Shown in pieces: positions 40,556-49,112 of a DNA stretch of 64,000 bases. The stretch spans positions 256,001 through 320,000 of the forward strand of contig JBGANV010000001.1 of the NCBI GenBank assembly GCA_044222185.1, in the 5' to 3' direction. The stretch's first letter is position 1. Every line of letters begins with the position of its first letter. The translations under genes and the position numbers were made by a program. The notes below the pieces were generated by a model. It worked only from the letters and a program-made list of their open reading frames with translations, made no database searches and was not told the DNA's origin. Source of the DNA: Planctomycetota bacterium. Its GTDB lineage: Bacteria > Planctomycetota > GCA-002687715 > CAIWVZ01.

Positions 40556-43261
40556 TCAGTTCGTCGCGAGTTGGCTCGCGGCAGTGAGCTTGAACGTCAG
40601 GCCTGCCGTGAGGACCGCAGCCTGGAACGTCCCGACGACGCCGGGCGTGAACGCCGGAACCGTGAAGCTCACGGTGCGCGAACCCAGCGGGCCAGTGTTC
40701 GCGAACGCATCCATGAACGTGACGGGGTTCAAGCCGTCGAGGACGATGCTCACGTCCGACAGGTTGCCGGCGCCGTTGAGGCCGATGTCCAGCGAGCCAA
40801 CGCCCGGGAAGATCGCGTTGTTGCGGTTCAGCGGTCCGAACGCGATGGCGAGCGGGCGGCTCGGCTGGCCGCTCCAGGTGAGCGCGAGCGTGGACCCCGG
40901 GGCGAGCGTTGCGAAGAACGGTCCATTGACGCCGTTGAACGCCGGCTGGCTGTTGAGGTTCACGGCACCGCCCATGGAGAGCGCCGCGTCGGCGGCGTTC
41001 GCCTGCCCGACGTCCGGCGGACCCGGGGGCGGAGGCGTCCCGCCGGTTGCGACCAGCGCGAACTTGGCGTCGATGCCAGGAGTCCCAGTGTTGCCGTCCT
41101 GGTTCAGCTCGGCGGCGATGACCTGGATGGTCCACGTTCCGACGGCGGGGTTCTGCAGGAGCACGTTCTCGACGGTGTCGAGAGTGTTCGCCACGCCGCC
41201 GGAGGTGCTGTAGTTGTTGGCCAGGAGCCCGTTGTTGCCCCAGTAGATCGTCCCCGTGGGGCTCGTGACCTTCAGGTCGAGGTTGTTGATCCGATGCTGG
41301 GTGGCGGACGTCGTTCCGGCCGGGTCGGGATACACCATCGTCACGCGGAGCTCCGGTTCGCCCGCTGCGACGTTCACGGTGTACGTGGCCGATTGCAGTA
41401 CGGTGAGCGGCGCGCTCTCGTCGATGCAGAGGACCTTGCCGGCAGTCGCGATGTTGTAGGCGCGTGACACGTCCGCCGTGCCCCAGCCCTGGTGGACGCG
41501 CGTCAGGTCGCTCGTCGTTCCGGTGAAGGGATACTGCGTGGCCGTGTTGATCAGGAGCGCCTTGACCGTCGACGCGTGCGGTCGGCGGGCGAAGACGGTG
41601 GGGCCGTTCTTCAGGACGCCGAACACGCCATCCGCGAACATCTGGGTGAGGAGACCGACGCATCCAGCGGTGATCGGCGTCGCGCCGCTCGTGCCACCGA
41701 AGTTGTCGTAGTAGTTGGTCGTGCTGTAACCGCTGCTGCCCACGATGTCCGTGCAGAAGATCCAATCGTAGAAGTTGCTGATGTCAGGCTTGATCGAGCC
41801 GTCCTCTGCCGGGCCGATGCTGCCACCGCCGGTCCAGGCGTCGTCCGTTCGCGAGAGCGTGTTCTGGTGCTTGATTCCCCCGACCGAGATGATGTTCTTC
41901 GCCCAGGCCTGCGGACGCGATTGCGTCGTTCCCGAGTTGCTCTGGCTGTTCAGGATCGGGAAGTCGAGCCCGAACACGATCTGATCCATCTGGAGCGAGG
42001 TCGCGTTGTAGGCAGTCGTCAACGCGCTTCCCCAGCTGTTCGACTGGAAGCACGCCTCGTAGGTCGGCGTCAGGAGCTGCTGCGTGTACGTGTAGCGGTT
42101 GCTGGTCACGGCTGCGTCGTTGTATTGACCGACGATCGCGTGCCCCTGCGGCAGCATGCCCGTGGCTTGCACGTTCCCCGTGCCCTTGCCGAAGACGATT
42201 CCCGTGGTGCACGTGCCGTGGTTCAACACGGCCTGCGACGAGTGCCAGGTGACGCCCGCGAGGTCGGGGTGGCTCGTATCGCAACCGCCGTCGAGGACTT
42301 CGCCGTTGACACCTTGACCGCGATAGCCGCCAGGGCCGACGGTGGAAACCGCGACGGCGCCGGTGAATTGGCGGGCGATGTCCATGTCGAGCTCGGGCGC
42401 GCTCCAGCGATCGAGCCAGAGCACGTCGTCATGCTGAATGGCGGCCCAGACCGCGGGACGTGGGAGCGACAACGTGAGGAGGCTCGTCTCGCGGACCACC
42501 GGGAGGAATTCCGTCGCGCCGAACTTCGAGAGCTCGCTTGCGATACCGAGCTTCATCGCGAGGTCGTGCTCGCGGGCCGCGACGATGTTCCACGCGAGCC
42601 CGTCCGCGAGCGCCCCGGCCTCGAGGGCGATCCGATCCTCCGGGAAGAGGCGATAGGCCGGATGATACGGGCCGACCCAGCGGACGAACGGGAGAGCCTT
42701 GACGGCGGCGAGCGACGTCGGCGGGACGTTCACGATGTCGGCATGGTTCGCCAGGAACGCGACCGGCGTGGCGCCGGCGGCGGCAACCAGCTCACGCATC
42801 TGCGGGAGTCCCGGCGCGATGTACTGAACGATCCACAACCGCTGCGACGACGATGCGGACAGTGACGGCGAAACCCATGGCGTCGACTTCAGCGGATCGA
42901 AGCGCGCGTAGCGAAGCCGCAGGTCGTAGTCGGTGGGGCGGGCGTCGAGCCAGCTCACTCCGTTGTCGACGGACTGGGAGTACCAGGGCGTATCGGTTCC
43001 GCCTTCGCTCACGGTCCACGTGGCGAGGACGGCCTTCGACTCGGGGACGTGAACCACGCGCAGGTTCCACGGCGTGCCGCCGGTTACCTGCAGCGGCGTG
43101 GCGATCACGCCCAGGTCCTGGGCGACGCTGACCACGACTTCGTTCTTTCCGTCAGGGCGTGAATGGACCGCCAGTTCGTCCTGCGCCGCCGCCGTCCATG
43201 ACGTGGCCGCGACGAGGGCGAGGGTGATCGTCCATCGGGTGTGCTTGTTCAATCGGATCAT
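40556..43261 (-). CDS. Secreted S8 subtilisin-like protease with shared C-terminal module
   Basis: Signal peptide; VLDGG (Asp), NHGTCTTG (His), FGGTSGATP (Ser); NNLDLKVTSPTG..YWGN beta domain; Pro linker followed by the terminal module. Confidence 0.92.
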   Translation of the reverse strand: MIRLNKHTRWTITLALVAATSWTAAAQDELAVHSRPDGKNEVVVSVAQDLGVIATPLQVTGGTPWNLRVVHVPESKAVLATWTVSEGGTDTPWYSQSVDNGVSWLDARPTDYDLRLRYARFDPLKSTPWVSPSLSASSSQRLWIVQYIAPGLPQMRELVAAAGATPVAFLANHADIVNVPPTSLAAVKALPFVRWVGPYHPAYRLFPEDRIALEAGALADGLAWNIVAAREHDLAMKLGIASELSKFGATEFLPVVRETSLLTLSLPRPAVWAAIQHDDVLWLDRWSAPELDMDIARQFTGAVAVSTVGPGGYRGQGVNGEVLDGGCDTSHPDLAGVTWHSSQAVLNHGTCTTGIVFGKGTGNVQATGMLPQGHAIVGQYNDAAVTSNRYTYTQQLLTPTYEACFQSNSWGSALTTAYNATSLQMDQIVFGLDFPILNSQSNSGTTQSRPQAWAKNIISVGGIKHQNTLSRTDDAWTGGGSIGPAEDGSIKPDISNFYDWIFCTDIVGSSGYSTTNYYDNFGGTSGATPITAGCVGLLTQMFADGVFGVLKNGPTVFARRPHASTVKALLINTATQYPFTGTTSDLTRVHQGWGTADVSRAYNIATAGKVLCIDESAPLTVLQSATYTVNVAAGEPELRVTMVYPDPAGTTSATQHRINNLDLKVTSPTGTIYWGNNGLLANNYSTSGGVANTLDTVENVLLQNPAVGTWTIQVIAAELNQDGNTGTPGIDAKFALVATGGTPPPPGPPDVGQANAADAALSMGGAVNLNSQPAFNGVNGPFFATLAPGSTLALTWSGQPSRPLAIAFGPLNRNNAIFPGVGSLDIGLNGAGNLSDVSIVLDGLNPVTFMDAFANTGPLGSRTVSFTVPAFTPGVVGTFQAAVLTAGLTFKLTAASQLATN

Positions 43262-43277
43262 CTCTCGGCTCCTTCTC

Positions 43278-44303
43278 TCACTGCACCGTCAATTGGGTTG
43301 CGGCCGTCAACTTCACCGTCGTCGGGCTCGAGAACACGGCTGCCTGGAACGTGGTCCAGACACCGGGCGGCAGAGCGGGGACGAAGAGGCTCGTCACCGA
43401 CTGGCCCGCGGGGCCGGTGGTGGCAAACGCGTTGAAGCCGATGGGGCTCGTGCCGTCGAGAACGATGACGACGTCGCCCAGGTTCCCGGGGCCGAGGAGC
43501 CCGATGTCGAGCGACCCGAGGTTCGGGACCACCCAGTTGTTGCGGTGAAGCGGTCCTGCGAGGAGCAAGAAGATCTGATTCGCGAGTCCGCGCACGGTGA
43601 ACGTGAGCTGCGCTCCGGTCGCCTTGGTCGCGAAGAACGGTCCCTTGACGCCGTTGCCGCTCGCCTGGCCGAGGAGGTTGAGCGCGCCGTTCACGTCCAG
43701 CCCCGCGTCGGCGGCGTTTGCCTGGCCGGTGTCAGGAACGGGCGGAGGATCGACGCGCACGTTGTCGATCTGCAGCCCGTCGGTCGGCGTCGGGTTGTCG
43801 TCACGTTGCGAGAACTTGATCTTGAAGTTCGACGTGAGCTGCATGCCGTTGGCAGATGCTGCCGCCGCGATGTCGACCGTGAACTGCTGCCAGGCCGACG
43901 AGAGCGTCTGGTGGTCCACGACCTTCACCCAGTTCGCGAGGATCCCGTCGTTGATGAAGCAGCCGTCTTCCGCGTGGGGCTCGTCAGCCGTTTCCTTCGC
44001 GTAGTAGCGAAGCGTCGCGCCGCCGGTCGCCAGCACGTTGACGGTCAACGTGAGCTCCTGCGTGCTCAAGATCGCGGAGGTCGAGCAGTCGAAGTTGCAC
44101 GCCAATCCACCTTGCGGCGATGGCGTGTTCGGCGTCGCCGTCAGGATCCGTCCCGATGTGGGCACGCTCACGGTGCGTATCCACTCGGCACCCGGCCACG
44201 TGGGTGATTCGAAGTTCTCGACGTAGGGCACGGTCGCGATCTGCGCGAAGCTCGGCAGTGCGACCGCGAGGGCAATGAGACACCAGCGCGGGTCAGGCTT
44301 CAT
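43278..44303 (-). CDS. Secreted protein: MAM/cleaved-adhesin-like beta-sandwich plus shared C-terminal module
   Basis: MKPDPRWCLIALAVALPSFA|Q; PYVENFES...W...WQQFTVDI...IKFSQ...GLQIDNVRV; C-terminal ~155 aa clearly paralogous to that of the neighbouring S8 protease. Confidence 0.7.
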   Translation of the reverse strand: MKPDPRWCLIALAVALPSFAQIATVPYVENFESPTWPGAEWIRTVSVPTSGRILTATPNTPSPQGGLACNFDCSTSAILSTQELTLTVNVLATGGATLRYYAKETADEPHAEDGCFINDGILANWVKVVDHQTLSSAWQQFTVDIAAAASANGMQLTSNFKIKFSQRDDNPTPTDGLQIDNVRVDPPPVPDTGQANAADAGLDVNGALNLLGQASGNGVKGPFFATKATGAQLTFTVRGLANQIFLLLAGPLHRNNWVVPNLGSLDIGLLGPGNLGDVVIVLDGTSPIGFNAFATTGPAGQSVTSLFVPALPPGVWTTFQAAVFSSPTTVKLTAATQLTVQ

Positions 44304-44497
44304 GAACTCACCCATGTGGGAAAGGGAGAGAACCGGACGGCAAATGATGGGGGCGTCTCCCGAGGGTGCAGGGACGCCTGGAGGAGGATAGTCCGAAACG
44401 GAATGTGATTGCAAGAAGGGGTTTTCTTGCCATTCGCGCGCCGCCGTCCCTCGTCGGACCGCTTGCCCGGCGCCGTCGCCAGTGGGACATTCCCGCC

Positions 44498-45445
44498 ATG
44501 ACACGGACGGAGGGACACAGCCCGACGGCGTGGCCGGTCGACTGGCTTCACGTTTGGTTCATCCTTCCTCTGCTGGCAGTTTGGGCGTGGAGCCGAGAAA
44601 CCGCCGACCACTGGTGGCTTTGGCTTTCGGCCGACTTCCTGATCCTTGCGTGGCTGGGCGCGATCCAATCCCGCTCCCACACCTGGTCGCTGCGCCGCGC
44701 GGCCTTGTGGCGACTCGTCCACGGAACCGTGGCCGTGCCGCTCGTGTTCACTCAGGTGGGGCTGTCGATCGCGGCGTGTCGTCCGGTCGATCACGCGCGG
44801 ACGCTGGAGGCGCTCGACCGCTGGATGTTCCTCGGGCACAACCCGCTCGAGGCGCTCGAGCGCGTCTCCGGGCCGTGGTTGACGGAGGTCATGCAGTGGG
44901 CCTACACCGCCTATCTTCTGCTGCCGATCACCGCCGTCCTCATCCTCGTCGTGCGGGGAACCCCGCGGCAGATCACCCGGTCCCTCTTCTCGCTTCTCGG
45001 GGTCATGTATCTCTCGTACGTCGGGTATTTCGTCGTTCCCGCGAGCGGACCCAACCTGCACAACAACCTGGGGCCACTTCAGCCGGTGCCGATCCCCACG
45101 CTGCCCCTCTACCACTTCGAGACGTCATTGCCGGGGCTGTGGTGCAGCGACGGGCTGCGCGCGTGGATGTTCGAGGCCGAGCTCACGAAGAAGGACTGCT
45201 TTCCATCCGGACACGTGGCAGTGGCGATCGTCTGCTGGTGGATTGCGCGCTCCGTCGACCGGAGGACGTCGACGTGGTTCCTGCCGGTGATGATCGGCGT
45301 CGTCCTGTCGACCGTGTACCTGCGATACCACTACGTCGCCGACGTGCTCGGGGGGATCCTGCTCGCGTGGTTCGGACTCGGACCGTGGCTCGGGGTCCAC
45401 GATTGGATCGCCGCGCGCCTTCATCTGCGCCTGGACGATCGATGA
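44498..45445 (+). CDS. PAP2-superfamily membrane enzyme, AUR1/IPC-synthase-like
   Basis: Multi-TM; LDRWMFLG, GYFVVPASGP, CFPSGH, STVYLRYHYVADVLGG (His/His/Asp triad). Confidence 0.82.
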   Translation: MTRTEGHSPTAWPVDWLHVWFILPLLAVWAWSRETADHWWLWLSADFLILAWLGAIQSRSHTWSLRRAALWRLVHGTVAVPLVFTQVGLSIAACRPVDHARTLEALDRWMFLGHNPLEALERVSGPWLTEVMQWAYTAYLLLPITAVLILVVRGTPRQITRSLFSLLGVMYLSYVGYFVVPASGPNLHNNLGPLQPVPIPTLPLYHFETSLPGLWCSDGLRAWMFEAELTKKDCFPSGHVAVAIVCWWIARSVDRRTSTWFLPVMIGVVLSTVYLRYHYVADVLGGILLAWFGLGPWLGVHDWIAARLHLRLDDR

Positions 45446-45449
45446 GGCG

Positions 45450-46586
45450 TCAGATCCGTCGTTCGTAGACGCGATAGGTGCGGTAGTGCGTGGCGCCGGC
45501 GCGGTCGAGGGCGTTGTTCATCGCCGTGTTCGTCTCCAGCACCCACGACATTTCGCCGCGCGGCATCCCTGCTGCGACACAGTTCTTCGTGATGTGGTGG
45601 TACAGCACGCTGTCGATCGCGTGACCTTGAAGAGCACGGCGCACTCCCAACGTGATCACGCGCGCCGATCCCACCTTCCTGCGCCCCAGCAGAATGCGGA
45701 CGATGCCGAACGGGAACAGCCGGCCACGCAGGTTGATGATGATCCGGTTCAGGTCGGGCAGTGCGAGCGCGAAGCCGACCTCGCGTCCATCTTTCATGAC
45801 GAAGACGCAGAGCTCGGGGACGACGATGGGGCGCAGCTCCTTCGCCATGAACTCGAATTCGGCATCGGTCATGGGGACGAAGCCCCAGTTCCGAGACCAG
45901 GCGTCCTGGTAGAGGTCCTGAATGATCCGGACGTCGTCGCGGAACCTCCGCATGTCGAGCGTGCGGACGGAGAGGCCCTCGCGCTGCATCACCTTCGTGC
46001 ACACGCGTTCCCAGCGCGCGCTGTCGGCTTCCGCGGACGTCATCCGCCACGCCCACAGGTCCATCGCCTTCGTGAACCCGGCGCGCTCGCAGAGTTCGCC
46101 GTACCACGGCGGGTTGTAGGGCATCATCAGCACGGGCGGGCCCGGCTCGCCGGAGTGGAGGAAGCCGAACTCGTCGTTGGACGAGAGTGACGCCGGTCCG
46201 CGAAGCACCGTCTGTCCGCGAGGACGGAGCCATCCTGCGGCGGCGTCGAACAGCGCACCGGCCGTCGACGGGTTGCGTTCCGCTTCGAAGAAGCCAAAGA
46301 AGCCCGTCGTCTCGCCGTGGAATTCGTTGTGCAGCCGGTTCACGGTGGCTGCGATGCGGCCGACGACCGTGCCGCTCCGTCGGGCGAGGAAGAGCGCGGC
46401 CTCGCCGTGCTCGAAATACGGGTGGCGTTTGGGATCCAGCCGGATGCGGATGTCGCGCTCGAGCGGCGGGACGAAGTTCCGGTCACCCTGATAGAGCCGG
46501 TAGGGGAGGCGGACGAACGCGTCGAGGTCAGCGCGCGAGCGGACCTCCGTGACGCTCACCCCGGTTTCAGGCGCGGTGGTTGGCAC
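45450..46586 (-). CDS. Tandem GNAT acyltransferase, bacterial ceramide synthase (bCerS/YghO)-like
   Basis: FLARR..VVGRIAA, GFFGFFE, MMPYNPPWY, NWGFVP, ALPDLN, EMSWVLETN..MN; overlaps the end of spt. Confidence 0.8.
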   Translation of the reverse strand: MPTTAPETGVSVTEVRSRADLDAFVRLPYRLYQGDRNFVPPLERDIRIRLDPKRHPYFEHGEAALFLARRSGTVVGRIAATVNRLHNEFHGETTGFFGFFEAERNPSTAGALFDAAAGWLRPRGQTVLRGPASLSSNDEFGFLHSGEPGPPVLMMPYNPPWYGELCERAGFTKAMDLWAWRMTSAEADSARWERVCTKVMQREGLSVRTLDMRRFRDDVRIIQDLYQDAWSRNWGFVPMTDAEFEFMAKELRPIVVPELCVFVMKDGREVGFALALPDLNRIIINLRGRLFPFGIVRILLGRRKVGSARVITLGVRRALQGHAIDSVLYHHITKNCVAAGMPRGEMSWVLETNTAMNNALDRAGATHYRTYRVYERRI

Positions 46587-47784
46587 TCGCGGTGACGGGC
46601 TGGGACTTCGCGGCGAGGTGCGAGAAGACCTCGATCACCTGATCGATGTCGCGATCCTCGTGCGTCGCCATGTACGACGTCCGGATGAGACCCTTGCCGG
46701 GCGGCGTCGCCGGCGGAACGACGGGGTTCGCGAAGATCCCGTGCTCGTCCAGTCGCTTCCAGAATTTGAACGTGTCCATGTCGTCACCGATCAGGACCGG
46801 GACGATGGGCGTCTCCGATCCCATGGTGTCGTATCCGAGCGCCTGAAGCGACGTGCGAACCCTCGTGCAGATCGTCCGGAGCCGATCGACGCGCCATGGC
46901 TCCTGCTCGAGGATGGTGAGCGCCGCGAGGGCCGCCGCCGTGCTGGCGGGCGTGCAGCTCGCGGAGAAGATCATGGAGCGCGCGGTGTGCTTGATGTAGT
47001 GGATGACCTCTTCGCGGCCGGCGACGAATCCACCGAGGGACGCCAGCGACTTGCTGAACGTGCCCGTGACGATGTCGACTTCGGACGGTCCGTTTTCGAG
47101 GAGGCCGAAGTGTTCGAGCGTCCCGCGGCCGGTCCGCCCGAGCGGTCCGAGCCCGTGCGCATCGTCCACGAGGACCCTAGCGCCATAGGCCTTCGCCAGT
47201 TTCACCAGGGCCGGCAGGTTCGTGATGCTGCCGTTCATGGAGAACACGCCGTCCACGATGATGAGCTTGCCTGAGCTGGCCGGGCTCTGTTCGAGCAGGC
47301 GCTCCAGGTCGTCCATGTCGTCGTGCCGGAACTTCTTGATCTCGGCGAACGAGAGGCGGCAGCCGTCGATGATCGACGCGTGGTTCTCGCGGTCGCAGTA
47401 GACGATGTCGCCCTTGCCGGCGACCGTGGAGATCACACCGAGGTTCGCCTGGTACCCCGTGGAGAAGACGACGGCGGCTTCCTTGCCAAGGAACTTCGCG
47501 AGCCGGAGTTCCAGCTCCTCGTGCAACTCGAGGGTGCCGTTCAGGAACCGTGACCCCGTGCAACTGCTTCCGAAACGGGCAGTTGCGCTCCGGGCTGCCT
47601 CGACGACGCGCGGATCGTGCGTCAAGCCGAGGTAGTTGTTCGACCCGATCATGATGACGTCCCGGCCATTGATCTTGGCGCGGGTCGCCTCGTTGGCGGA
47701 GAGCGGGCGGAAGTAGGGGAAGTTGCCAGATGCCATCAGTTCGCGCGCCCGCGTGAACCGGTGGCACTTGTCGAACAAGTCCAC
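46567..47784 (-). CDS. spt: Alpha-oxoamine synthase, probable serine palmitoyltransferase
   Basis: GTG 47784; FPYFR, GSNNYLGL, CTGSRFLNGT, NHASIIDG, DDAHG, GTFSKS (PLP Lys), IFSAS; bCerS/CerR context favours Spt over BioF/Kbl. Confidence 0.8.
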   Translation of the reverse strand: MDLFDKCHRFTRARELMASGNFPYFRPLSANEATRAKINGRDVIMIGSNNYLGLTHDPRVVEAARSATARFGSSCTGSRFLNGTLELHEELELRLAKFLGKEAAVVFSTGYQANLGVISTVAGKGDIVYCDRENHASIIDGCRLSFAEIKKFRHDDMDDLERLLEQSPASSGKLIIVDGVFSMNGSITNLPALVKLAKAYGARVLVDDAHGLGPLGRTGRGTLEHFGLLENGPSEVDIVTGTFSKSLASLGGFVAGREEVIHYIKHTARSMIFSASCTPASTAAALAALTILEQEPWRVDRLRTICTRVRTSLQALGYDTMGSETPIVPVLIGDDMDTFKFWKRLDEHGIFANPVVPPATPPGKGLIRTSYMATHEDRDIDQVIEVFSHLAAKSQPVTASANHRA

Positions 47785-47970
47785 GAGTGCTGGTCCCCCT
47801 GGTTGATTCCTACGAACACTTCCGGGCACGGGACGGCCGGCGACGCCGAACGGCCCAGCGGAAGCGAGACCGATGGACCCGACGACCTGGATGAAGCCGC
47901 CAACAGATGACACCCTGACCCAAACCGGGGCTGGTTCTAACAGACGATTCACTCGTTGGAAGGGAGCGGC

Positions 47971-48963
47971 GTGTCAGCGGGACGGTCCATGCTGGTCACC
48001 GGAGCGTCGGGGTTCATTGGTGGCCGATTGCTCAAGATTGCGGCGGAGGCGGGCTGGAATGTGGTCGCCATGGTCCGGCGCCAGGGCCTCTCGGCCGAGT
48101 CGGCCGCCCTCGTGCGCGAGGTCCGCATGGCCGACCTGCGCGATGATCCGTCGCTCCGAAGTGCCGTGGCGGGAATCACCTGCGTCGTCCACCTTGCGGG
48201 GCTGACCCGAGCGAAGACCGAGGCGGAGTTCCACGACTTCAACGCCGCGGGTACACGGCGACTCGTCGATGCGATCACGTGCACGACGTCCGGGGTGGTG
48301 CCCCGCCTCATCCACGTCTCCAGCCTCTCTGCCGGCGGACCGTCGGCCGGCCGTACGCCCGTCGACGAGGGTCTGGAGCCTGCACCCGTGAGTCCCTACG
48401 GCCGGTCGAAGCTCGCCGGAGAGAACGAAGTCAAAAGGGCCGCGGCCGCCCTCCGTTGGACGATCATCCGCCCTCCCATCGTCTACGGGCCGGGTGAGCG
48501 GGACGTGCTCGACCTCTTCCGACGCTCACGGTCAGGGCTCGTGCCGGTCGTCGGATTCCAGGAGCGCTGGTACTCGATCGTCCACGTGGACGACCTCTGC
48601 CGGGCGATCCTCGCCGCCGCCGCGAGCGACCGTGCGGTCGGGCGGACCTATTACATCGCGAACCAGACGCCATTGTCCGGCGCCGAGCTCGCTGAGCGCA
48701 TCATCCGAGCGACCGGCGGCCGTGCGCGGCCGATCCGCATCCCCGACTGGGTCGCGGGACTGGTGGCTCTCGCAGGGTCGGCTGCCAAGCCGTTCCGGCG
48801 GACCTCGCCCCTCGTCACGCTGGACAAGTACCCGGAGATCGTGCGGAGCTGGGTGTGTTCGCCGGCTCGCGCGTCGGCGGAACTCGGCTTCGAGCCGCAG
48901 ATCCCCATCGACGACGGCTTGAGGACGACGGCCGATTGGTATCGCGCCGCCGGCTGGCTCTGA
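47971..48963 (+). CDS. Extended-SDR NAD(P)-dependent epimerase/reductase, CerR-like
   Basis: VTGASGFIG, HLAG, HVSSLSA, YGRSK (YxxxK), RPPIVYGP; divergent from spt. Start GTG 47971 or ATG 47989. Confidence 0.75.
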   Translation: MSAGRSMLVTGASGFIGGRLLKIAAEAGWNVVAMVRRQGLSAESAALVREVRMADLRDDPSLRSAVAGITCVVHLAGLTRAKTEAEFHDFNAAGTRRLVDAITCTTSGVVPRLIHVSSLSAGGPSAGRTPVDEGLEPAPVSPYGRSKLAGENEVKRAAAALRWTIIRPPIVYGPGERDVLDLFRRSRSGLVPVVGFQERWYSIVHVDDLCRAILAAAASDRAVGRTYYIANQTPLSGAELAERIIRATGGRARPIRIPDWVAGLVALAGSAAKPFRRTSPLVTLDKYPEIVRSWVCSPARASAELGFEPQIPIDDGLRTTADWYRAAGWL

Positions 48964-49112
48964 CGTGCGGCGGCGGCCGGGGTCGCACCTTGCGCGTTGG
49001 CCGCGGCCGGGCCGTCCCGGTATCCTTCGCCCTCTGCGCCGCGCCCGTGACTGCACCCCGACGCCACGGCCCGGCACCGCTGATTCGCGATGAATTCCGG
49101 AAGGCCATGCCC

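Noticed and set aside
46567-47784. Calling the AOS enzyme BioF or Kbl
   Set aside because: No bio or tdh genes nearby; FPYF/GSRFLNGT motifs and GNAT+SDR neighbours fit Spt better, though this is not formally excluded
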